A stretch of DNA of 64,000 bases. Source: Candidatus Zhuqueibacterota bacterium (GTDB lineage Bacteria > Zhuqueibacterota > Zhuqueibacteria > Thermofontimicrobiales > Thermofontimicrobiaceae). A model generated the notes under the pieces. The model did not search any database. It worked only from the letters and a program-made list of their open reading frames with translations, and was not told the origin of the DNA. Of the stretch, positions 50,360 to 59,003 are shown piece by piece. The translations under genes and the position numbers were made by a program. Within the stretch, counting starts at the first letter, position 1; each line of letters begins with the position of its first letter. The stretch spans positions 96,001 through 160,000 of the forward strand of contig JBMOPW010000035.1 in assembly GCA_049322915.1 (NCBI GenBank), written 5' to 3'.

Positions 50360-50505
50360 TTTCGTAAGAATTGATATTTAAATCATCGATTCTAAAACTA
50401 ACCATTGAACATCACTTCCTTGATCCTTTCACCTGTCTATTTTTCATGACAATCCATTTTTCAGAAATAAAGTAATTATTGAGACTCATCAACAGTCCAA
50501 TTTCA

Positions 50506-53500
50506 ATGAAGATAAGAAGTCAAATATTTTTGCCTGCGGTGCTTTTGACTTTTATTTTTCAGATTCCCATCACAGCCCAGGTCGTTGTCACAACGTTCAG
50601 TGCTCCTGAAGCCATCCCCACAAATGTTGTTTTTTCCATATTCGAAGATGAAGCGCACATTCTCTGGGTCGGTACGAGTGGCGGATTAGGCCAGTATCAC
50701 GAAAATAACTGGGCTCAGTTGACAGAAAGTAATTCTCCGCTCATCAATAACCATGTGAAAGCGATTATACAGGATCATAACGGATACCTTTGGTTTGGAA
50801 CTGACCATGGCCTCAGTCAATATTACCAGGGAGCGTGGCAGAATTTCACCTATGCCGAGATGTCCGCTGACCCAAAATTCGACCAGATCACCTCGCTTTA
50901 TCTGGATTCCCGGAGTAAGCTTTGGATCGGCAGCAAGGAGGGCGGCGTTGTGAAACGATCCGGCAGCGGTTCATGGACCTATTACAGTCCGGCAGATGCC
51001 GGGTTCGGCGACGATATGATTACAGCGATATGCGAGGACAATAACAATCGTATCTGGTTTGGCACCGGGCATTCAGGAATCGTTGTTTTTGATCGCGAAT
51101 CTGAATGGTCCCGTCTTCAGGCACAGCCAGAAATAGGCGATGAGATACATCTGATCTATAAAGATAACCTGGATACATTATGGGTGAACACGGAAATCGG
51201 GCTGGCCCGGACATTCGATGGCATCGCCTGGAATTCGACCGGACTGGAAATGGTTCACGATGCCAGCGCTATTGCCGAAGACCAGGAGGGCAATATCTGG
51301 CTGGCCACTGAAAATGGCGAGCTGTTCCTTTATAATCGATACGAATGTAAAAAATCTGATGTACAATTCGACCAGGCCATTTGGTCGCTTCACCTGGATC
51401 ATGCGGGCTACCTTTGGGCGGCAACCAACGGCGGCGGCGTGAGTCGTTTGCATATCAACTGGCGGACGTTTCTTCAGGATTATATTATTTCGGACATCGA
51501 CGAGGATACCAGCGGTACATTATGGATTGGCACCGCTCGAAATGGAATAGCCAAATACGACGGGTCTGAATTTCAGATGATACAGGTGAAGAGCGATCTG
51601 ATACGAAAGGATTTTGTCAATTCCATTTTAGCCGATCATGAGAATCGGATCTGGTGCGGAACGAGGAGCGGTGTTTTCAGCTATGACCAGGATACATCGT
51701 GGCATGCTTATGGGGAGCCTGAGTTGCCCAATGTCATTGTAAACACAATTTTTCAGGACACACATAATCATCTATGGTTTGGCACATTGGGCGGCGCCAG
51801 CCGATTTGATGGCACTGACTGGCAAACATTTGATCGTGAACAGGGCCTGCCGGATACCAACGTGAAGGCAATCTGGGAGGACCATAAGGGGCACATCTGG
51901 TTTGGCACAGCCAATGGCGGCGCCTGCGAATTGAAACTGGATTCAGTGATCGCCATCTATAACATTGGAAATCAACTTTCCAGCAATAATGTTTCCGCGA
52001 TCCTTCAGGATAAAACGAACAACTACTGGTTTGGCACAAAAGATGGCTTACATCGATCGGACAGTTCGAAGGTTACATGGAGTCATTTTACAAAAGAGAG
52101 TAGCGGATTAGTCGACAACGACATAAAGACCCTGTTCGTTGATGATTACAACAACGTATGGGTTGGAACCTCTGCAGGCGGACTCTGCAAATTTGATGGA
52201 CAGTTCTGGTGGGATTTTAACAAATATTTGAGTGCTGATGAAGTGAACGCTGTTTTTCAGGATGCATCAAAAAATTACTGGTTTGGCACACCCATTGGAC
52301 TGGTTAAATATAGCGCGGATAAACTTGCCCCGAATACCTACATAACCATTGCTCCATCCTGCACGATCGGCGTGGCCTCGGCGATGTTTGCGTTCATTGG
52401 TGATGACAATGAAACTCCAAAAGAAAAGCTGGTTTTTAGCTGGGATTTGCAGTTGAAAAGTGAATTTGATGTGCACAACTGGTCTGATTACAGCGACCGG
52501 AATTATTGTTATATTGGTCCGCTTGGGAACGGCAACTATACTTTTTCTGTGAAAGCCCGCGATTCTGCCGGCAACGAGGATCATAAACCGGCGCAGTTCG
52601 ATTCCTTTACTGTGGATATAACGCCGCCTCAAACAATGTTGACTTACCCGGCGAACAATCAGAAAATTTCCGGGAAGGTGCCTGTTATCGGCGCTGTTTT
52701 CGACAATTCGCCCATCCGGGATTTTAAAATGTACCAATTGGATTACGCCAGAATCGATTCAGCCCGGGAGATTCAGGCGTTGGAATGGGTGAAAATTTAT
52801 CAGGATACAATCCCTTCCGATACCAATAAGACGCTATTCGAATGGGATACAGCAGATGTCGGGTATGGTCGTTATTCTCTCCGGCTATCTGCAGCAGATT
52901 ACCTGGAGCACAGGAGTGAATATCGGGTGGACGTGACGATTGTGGAATGTTTAACCGAGGTATCCAACAATTCCGGGTCGTCAATGATTGGTTCCTCGAA
53001 GCGGATTCAGCTTTATATTCCGCCCGGGGCGCTTCCGAAGGACATGATGGTTCATTTTTCACCGGTTGATACTTCGGACAAAAATAAAATCCCTGTTCCT
53101 CCGAACGATCACGTGAAATATTCTTCACTGGCCTATGAACTTGGGCCCAAAGACCTGAGTCTTTCTAAACCAGCCATCCTCGGTTTTCAGTACAATGATT
53201 CGGAAATTTCGTCTCTGCATGAAAAAAAGCTGTCGATCATGTTTGCCGATTCTACCGGTGAATATGAAATCCTGGGAGGATCCGTGGATTCAGATCAAAA
53301 TACAATCAGCACAGCGATAAAGAAAATGGGAGTCTATATTCTAATTGAAGATAATACATCAGCCCGTGCAAAGTCCAATATTTCAGACGTGAACTGTCAG
53401 CCGCGCATTTTTTCACCCAGGGGTAGCGGCTTTGCTGAAACTACGACTATTTTGTTCAAACTCTCCGCGCCTTCAAAAGTAAATGTGAAAGTCTATAACC

Positions 53501-53688
53501 TGGCTGGGCGGTTGGTCAAACAGCTACTGGAAAATGAATTATTGAATGCCAATTATAATACTGTCGAGTGGGACGGCCGCGATTACAATGGCGACATCTG
53601 TCCCAGCGATTTGTATATCATTACGATAGAAAGCGGAACTGGATTAAAAACAAAAACAGTGATGGTTCTGGATAAAGAAATTAAATGA
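50506..53688 (+). CDS. Secreted double beta-propeller (two-component-regulator propeller) protein with Ig-like domains and C-terminal FlgD-Ig domain
   Basis: Signal peptide and about 14 'D..G.LW.GT..G' repeats. YYY/Ig-like segment (G.YTFSVKARD.AGN), ZU5-like 'IPPGAL', tail FSP.G…VYNLAGRLV…WDGRD. No kinase domain or TM segment. Confidence 0.9.
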   Translation: MKIRSQIFLPAVLLTFIFQIPITAQVVVTTFSAPEAIPTNVVFSIFEDEAHILWVGTSGGLGQYHENNWAQLTESNSPLINNHVKAIIQDHNGYLWFGTDHGLSQYYQGAWQNFTYAEMSADPKFDQITSLYLDSRSKLWIGSKEGGVVKRSGSGSWTYYSPADAGFGDDMITAICEDNNNRIWFGTGHSGIVVFDRESEWSRLQAQPEIGDEIHLIYKDNLDTLWVNTEIGLARTFDGIAWNSTGLEMVHDASAIAEDQEGNIWLATENGELFLYNRYECKKSDVQFDQAIWSLHLDHAGYLWAATNGGGVSRLHINWRTFLQDYIISDIDEDTSGTLWIGTARNGIAKYDGSEFQMIQVKSDLIRKDFVNSILADHENRIWCGTRSGVFSYDQDTSWHAYGEPELPNVIVNTIFQDTHNHLWFGTLGGASRFDGTDWQTFDREQGLPDTNVKAIWEDHKGHIWFGTANGGACELKLDSVIAIYNIGNQLSSNNVSAILQDKTNNYWFGTKDGLHRSDSSKVTWSHFTKESSGLVDNDIKTLFVDDYNNVWVGTSAGGLCKFDGQFWWDFNKYLSADEVNAVFQDASKNYWFGTPIGLVKYSADKLAPNTYITIAPSCTIGVASAMFAFIGDDNETPKEKLVFSWDLQLKSEFDVHNWSDYSDRNYCYIGPLGNGNYTFSVKARDSAGNEDHKPAQFDSFTVDITPPQTMLTYPANNQKISGKVPVIGAVFDNSPIRDFKMYQLDYARIDSAREIQALEWVKIYQDTIPSDTNKTLFEWDTADVGYGRYSLRLSAADYLEHRSEYRVDVTIVECLTEVSNNSGSSMIGSSKRIQLYIPPGALPKDMMVHFSPVDTSDKNKIPVPPNDHVKYSSLAYELGPKDLSLSKPAILGFQYNDSEISSLHEKKLSIMFADSTGEYEILGGSVDSDQNTISTAIKKMGVYILIEDNTSARAKSNISDVNCQPRIFSPRGSGFAETTTILFKLSAPSKVNVKVYNLAGRLVKQLLENELLNANYNTVEWDGRDYNGDICPSDLYIITIESGTGLKTKTVMVLDKEIK

Positions 53689-53880
53689 AACGACGGCCAT
53701 AGAAAAACTTTTTATTCATTAATCTTTACTGTTTAGCCGCATGATCGCGACGGGTAATTATCCGGCGAGGGGAATGGATTGAAACGGATGTTCCCGAATT
53801 AATGCATCGTTCGGAATGAATATCTCAATCGATCTGTAAATTTCATAAAAATAACCGTCATTTAAAAAGGAGGCTTATCG

Positions 53881-55887
53881 ATGAACCTTTTGAACTTACA
53901 ATTCGTCCGACCATTGAAAATATTCGGCTGGCTTGGAACGTTGCTAATGATCCTCATTCTTCTTCCTGATGTTTCAGAATCGACTCAAAAAAGCAGCAGC
54001 GACTGTTTTTTCATCCCGCAAAACACCAGCATCATAGAGATACCAAAAGAGTTTGGCGGCGATGCATGGAAGAATGCGAACTGGTTCACTTTCGGTACGA
54101 CAGGCCATCCTGAGGTTGATGTTTTAGGCAAATATCAACTTGATAGCGAATCAAAAGTGGAGTCATTATTTTTGGCATTTCATATCCGGCACGATGCAAT
54201 TCCACATGAAAATGACATGCTGACGATTTGTTTCGATCCCGACAATACGGGTATCCCGTCTGCGGGCAATGTCCTGACCCGATACGACATTTTCCCTCAT
54301 CCACTCCAAACGAGCTATTCTTATTGTCGAGAAACTAATAGTTCAGGTGATTTGATGTGGAAAGCGCCTGATCAGGTTCCGCCACCCGATTTTATCCAGA
54401 CTATTGCCAACTGGGATATTGTAAATAATACATGGCAAGCTGAAATCACAATCGATTGCCAGGCTTTCGACCTGACCGGTGATGAGGTTGGTTCATTCGG
54501 TCTTTATTTTCAGGTACTGGATTTCATCAATGACGATTACACGTTCGCCCGCTATCATTGGCCTGTCTCTGCCCATGCCGATGAAGCTGATCCGGATTAT
54601 ATTCCTCCAGCCACTGAATGGGCACGTGGACATTTCATCAATTCTTCATCAAATATTATTCCTGATTATTACCTGAATTATTGGGATTTACAGGTCAACA
54701 ATTCAGGTGCAGCGTTTGAGATTCAACTTGGTGCGGAAAATAGTTTCAGCACAAAAGTGCGTAACGTATTTATAGAAGATGCCTGGAGTGGTGATCCTGT
54801 TATGGGGACAGTCACATTTAAAATGGCCAAATTTGGAGCAGCTTGTTATTCTGAACACTATTCTGCCAATGCTACCATAGTAACACCGCCGGAAGATGTT
54901 GACGTTTATGCGACACGCACGAGCAACGGCTCCGGCAAGCAGACGATCACCTTACGAGGCGATTTAACCTGTGATCAGGACGCGATTACGAGCAACAATA
55001 GTATGGTTCGCAATATGAAGTATTTGCCGACGATAGAAGGAAAGACATTTAAAATGTCCGTCACCATTGCCAATTGTTTATCGGATGAAGCGATTTACTC
55101 AACGTCTGAAAAAGAAGATGCGACTCCCCCTACCATGTCTCCCCTCTATGCGTCAGCATCGCCGATGATGCCCCAGGATGACAGAGAGACATTTTTTCTT
55201 TATCTTGATCGGTCTGAATTGGACACATCAAAATTACGAGACGAATGGGACGTCACATTCATACCCGCCGAAAACGACAGTGGTTTCCTGCTTCCAGTTC
55301 CGGATTCAAGTCATAAAGATTTATACACGGTACTGCTTCGCCCCGGGGATTCGACAAAATTTCAGATTCAGGTGACGGCTCCAAATTATAAAGGGTCATC
55401 CGCAGGAAGTTTGCCGCTGTTGCAGGGGCTGTTTCATATCCACGCACAAAATGCGAAGGCAGCATCAGTTGCTATGTCGAATCAGGCAATCGCACTTCCG
55501 CCTGATAAACTGATGCCATTACTATGGCTGAGCCGAAGTAATTTTCAAAAGTTATTCCCGCGGGGCGTAGTTTCCGGTTTGAAGGTGAAAGTCTATAAAC
55601 ACAAAGACGTGGTTTTCAAAGACAGGAAATCATATTTCTTAATGAATGTCCTGAATAATTTCGGCGCGTATGTCGAAGTGATGCCAAAACCGGCTCCGCA
55701 CTGGAAATTCATCATCATTATTTTTACCATTGGCTTGCTCTATGTTTTTTATATTTGCTTTAAATCCTGGAAAAAGAGAAAATGGGATTTTTTGAAAGTG
55801 ATTCTTAATGTGATACTGGTGATTGACGCTGGTTTGATCGGTTACTTCGTATGGATGGTGCGGCAGTTTTTTAACCTGGGATTGTGA
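53881..55887 (+). CDS. Hypothetical exported protein, possible DOMON/CBM9-like N-domain, two C-terminal TM helices
   Basis: SD AGGAGG and N-terminal hydrophobic segment. 'LFLAF…D…D.LTICFDPDN…WQAEITI' resembles the CBM9/DOMON fold. Two hydrophobic helices at the C-terminus. Confidence 0.75.
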   Translation: MNLLNLQFVRPLKIFGWLGTLLMILILLPDVSESTQKSSSDCFFIPQNTSIIEIPKEFGGDAWKNANWFTFGTTGHPEVDVLGKYQLDSESKVESLFLAFHIRHDAIPHENDMLTICFDPDNTGIPSAGNVLTRYDIFPHPLQTSYSYCRETNSSGDLMWKAPDQVPPPDFIQTIANWDIVNNTWQAEITIDCQAFDLTGDEVGSFGLYFQVLDFINDDYTFARYHWPVSAHADEADPDYIPPATEWARGHFINSSSNIIPDYYLNYWDLQVNNSGAAFEIQLGAENSFSTKVRNVFIEDAWSGDPVMGTVTFKMAKFGAACYSEHYSANATIVTPPEDVDVYATRTSNGSGKQTITLRGDLTCDQDAITSNNSMVRNMKYLPTIEGKTFKMSVTIANCLSDEAIYSTSEKEDATPPTMSPLYASASPMMPQDDRETFFLYLDRSELDTSKLRDEWDVTFIPAENDSGFLLPVPDSSHKDLYTVLLRPGDSTKFQIQVTAPNYKGSSAGSLPLLQGLFHIHAQNAKAASVAMSNQAIALPPDKLMPLLWLSRSNFQKLFPRGVVSGLKVKVYKHKDVVFKDRKSYFLMNVLNNFGAYVEVMPKPAPHWKFIIIIFTIGLLYVFYICFKSWKKRKWDFLKVILNVILVIDAGLIGYFVWMVRQFFNLGL

Positions 55888-55890
55888 AAT

Positions 55891-56260
55891 AATTAGAATC
55901 TGTCCGAAAATTGCAAATATTGACCTCACCCCAATCCTCTCCTAAAAGGAGAGGGAGAACAGATGTTCCCCTTCTCCTTCCAGGCGCAGGGTAAGAAGGG
56001 GTTTAGGGGATGAGGTCGGTTGTAATGAAGTTTGAAAATATCACCACAATAGCTAATTTAGGTGTTTTCGGACAGACACTAATTAGCGTCTGTCCGAAAA
56101 CTGATGATTTCAAAGTTTTGTCATTCTGAGCGACCGAAGGGAGCGAAGAATCTGTGACCGCCAAACGCCAAATTTATTTAGACTTAGTGGTCATAGATGT
56201 TTCGTCGCTTCGCTCCTCAACATGACAGTATTAGTTACTTTTCGGACAGACACTAATTAG
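55891..56260. mobile_element. Two tandem MITE-like units with shared terminal inverted repeats, each carrying a different REP-like palindrome
   Basis: TCTGTCCGAAAA…TTTTCGGACAGA occurs twice (55899-56076, 56089-56250), separated and flanked by TAATTAG. No transposase. Confidence 0.75.
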
Positions 56261-56430
56261 TACTTACCTGAATAAAAATCCTGTTATGCGAATAGCCGGA
56301 GGTCACCCGAAGTTTAAAATTAAAATACCGGTGCCATTGCTCAGAACAATTGCATCGGAGAAAGACGATGCTACACGTTAACGCGCAACGCGTAAAATTC
56401 ATATCCCCTGGAATAAGGAAGGTTTGAAAA

Positions 56431-58977
56431 ATGAGAAATCTTTTTAAATTCCTTACCATTGTTTTAATCGCCGGCTCCGCCAATTCATTGGTTGCCCAGG
56501 AAATGTTCACACGAATACGCAACCAGGAGGTTGTCGGCGCTCGCCCCATGGCCCTCGGTGGGGCATTCGTCGCCCTGGCGGATGACATCAATGCAATTTA
56601 CTGGAATCCTGCCGGCCTGCCGGCCGTGAATCAATTGGGGCTAAATTTCATGTACGCCAATCTCTACGGGACCGGTATCGGAAATAATTATTTCTCCCTT
56701 TGCATTCCGGGGCCGCCCGGGTTAAGTTTTGGCCTCGATTGGATGAGCATCGGTTTCATGGATGAGGAGCTTGAATTCGAAAAAAATAAATTCAACTTTT
56801 CCGCCGGTTACCAGGTTTATGACTGGCTGGCAATTGGATTAAATGCCAGATACCTGCGCATGAACGCTTCCGCCTATCAACTCTCCCAGGGCTCGTTCCA
56901 CGGATGGGGATTCGATTGGGGGTTCATGGCTCGTCTTAACAAGAATTTGAAACTGGGACTGGTTATTCATGATCTCACCGATACAAAGTTGAATGGATTA
57001 GCAGCGCCGGTTTACAGGAGAAGCGTTCGATTCGGCGCAGCTTATAAATTGTTGGATAACCTGGCCTTCCTTTCCGATCTGGATGACCGTTTCCACCTGG
57101 GAACCGAATGGTGGCCCATTTCTGAATTATTGGCGCTAAGAGCCGGAGTCGAGCAGGATTTATATACCAACGAAACAGCAACCATGTCGTTCGGCGTAGG
57201 ACTGGAACTGCCTATCTGGGGACAGTCCTTGCGGCTGGATTACGCCTATATGAATTCTCCAACCTTAATGAGCACGCATCGCACTTCGGTATCATTCCTG
57301 ATCGATCTTTTTCCCCAACTGGTAAAAATTGAAAAGGTGGAAATCGAACCCATTTATGCGTCCCTGTATAAACATCATGCCCATAACCCTGTTGGGACAG
57401 CGTATGTGCGTTATAAGGGCAAGAAAGACCTGAAATGCAAGATCAATTTTTCAGGAAACCGGTACATGAAGGAACACACCAAAAATATCATCCTTCATCC
57501 CAAACCCGGCTCTGAGAATGTGCAGGAAATTTCACTGTACACCGTGTTCGAAGATTCAGTTTTATATGAAACTGACAGCATCCCTTTAAACGCGGACGTG
57601 AAAATTTCCTATGTCAATCGATATCGCCCCTGCAAAGACAGCCTCAGTCAGGAATTCAAGCTTTACAAAAGGAACCTGGTCAACTGGGAGCTTGGGGTTG
57701 ATCAAGCCGCGGCGTTCGTGACCCATGAAGACCCGGTCATCGAGCAATTTGCCCTGGCCGCTCTTTCCGATGGCGCTGTTTCGAAACAACCGTTCATTAT
57801 AAATGAGCAGACGACAAAAGCGCTGTTTTTGTTTAACGCGGTGTCCGGCCATGGCATTCAATACGATGAAGACGCCCAGCCTGTGGAAGGCAACGCCCGG
57901 CTCGGGTTAGACGATATCTGTTACCCGGTGCAGACGCTCAAGGACAGGCGCGGCGATTGTGATGATCTTTCGGTCCTGTTAGCTTCCTTATTTGAAAATC
58001 GAAATATCCCCGTTGCCTTCGTCGATTTTGGGGAGCACATTTCCGTCATTTTCAGCACAGGGGAACACCAGGGTTTGGCATCCAACCTGCCCTATCCCGA
58101 TGATTTATTTTTTCAATATCAAAATGAACTCTGGATTCCCCTGGAAGTGACCTGGATCGATTCGACTTTTTTTCGGGCATGGCAAAAAGGCGCTGCCGAA
58201 ATCACAAAAATCTTTGGGGAGGAGCAATATCGTGTGATTGAAATTCGTAAAGCATGGAATGAATACCAGCCGGTGAACTATGTCAGTCGATTTTTCAGGC
58301 CCATGCCCCTGGCTCAATCCCATTATATTGCATTAAAACAGGATGAGCCAATTCAGCTTAAAACAAATCATCTTTTTAATCTGGAACAGAAGATCACGCT
58401 TCATCCGGACAGCCTGGAATTGCGCAATCAATTAGCCATCAAATATGCCTTTGATAACCAGCGGGATAAAGCCAGAACTCATTTTCAACACATACTTGCC
58501 AGGGATTCGAATAATTTTTCAGCGATAAACAATCTCGGCAATTTATTTATTCTCGAAGGAAGAATAGACTCAGCCGAGACATTTTACCTGAAAGCTCAAC
58601 AATACGCACAAAATTCGGATCAGGTTGATGGCGTGAAATTGAACCTGGGATTGGTATACCTGGCAATCGGCCAGGATAGCCTTGCCATTGATGCGTTCTC
58701 CGAAGTGATGGAACATGAAGAGAACTTACAGAGAATTGCCGACCTGCTGAAGATCAATTTCAATCAGGAAGACTATTCCAAAGGCGATGACGCAAAGCCG
58801 AAAAAACCGGTTTCTAAAAATAGTGTTAAACAGATTTCTGCAAAGGCTAAAACTGAACTCAATGATAAATCTTCCAAGCCGAAAGAGCAGACAAAGCAAA
58901 CGCGGCGTCAGGCCGTGCGAAAAGGAAGTTACCTGGCTCCTGAAAAAATCGACAATGTCTTTTATTGGGCGGAATGA
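56431..58977 (+). CDS. PorV/FadL-like beta-barrel fused to a transglutaminase-like domain and TPRs
   Basis: Signal peptide, GARPMALGGAFVALADD..AIYWNPAGL barrel motif ending in LDYAY…HR.S. Then GDCDDLSVL…H…WIPLE.T and TPRs (AINNLGNL, NLGLVY). Confidence 0.85.
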   Translation: MRNLFKFLTIVLIAGSANSLVAQEMFTRIRNQEVVGARPMALGGAFVALADDINAIYWNPAGLPAVNQLGLNFMYANLYGTGIGNNYFSLCIPGPPGLSFGLDWMSIGFMDEELEFEKNKFNFSAGYQVYDWLAIGLNARYLRMNASAYQLSQGSFHGWGFDWGFMARLNKNLKLGLVIHDLTDTKLNGLAAPVYRRSVRFGAAYKLLDNLAFLSDLDDRFHLGTEWWPISELLALRAGVEQDLYTNETATMSFGVGLELPIWGQSLRLDYAYMNSPTLMSTHRTSVSFLIDLFPQLVKIEKVEIEPIYASLYKHHAHNPVGTAYVRYKGKKDLKCKINFSGNRYMKEHTKNIILHPKPGSENVQEISLYTVFEDSVLYETDSIPLNADVKISYVNRYRPCKDSLSQEFKLYKRNLVNWELGVDQAAAFVTHEDPVIEQFALAALSDGAVSKQPFIINEQTTKALFLFNAVSGHGIQYDEDAQPVEGNARLGLDDICYPVQTLKDRRGDCDDLSVLLASLFENRNIPVAFVDFGEHISVIFSTGEHQGLASNLPYPDDLFFQYQNELWIPLEVTWIDSTFFRAWQKGAAEITKIFGEEQYRVIEIRKAWNEYQPVNYVSRFFRPMPLAQSHYIALKQDEPIQLKTNHLFNLEQKITLHPDSLELRNQLAIKYAFDNQRDKARTHFQHILARDSNNFSAINNLGNLFILEGRIDSAETFYLKAQQYAQNSDQVDGVKLNLGLVYLAIGQDSLAIDAFSEVMEHEENLQRIADLLKINFNQEDYSKGDDAKPKKPVSKNSVKQISAKAKTELNDKSSKPKEQTKQTRRQAVRKGSYLAPEKIDNVFYWAE

Positions 58978-59003
58978 ATTTAGCAGAGTAGAACGGACCC
59001 GGT

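Noticed and set aside
55891..56260. CRISPR array or intact IS
   Set aside because: The repeats are inverted pairs enclosing ~140-150-bp palindromic interiors, with no spacer periodicity and no transposase ORF.
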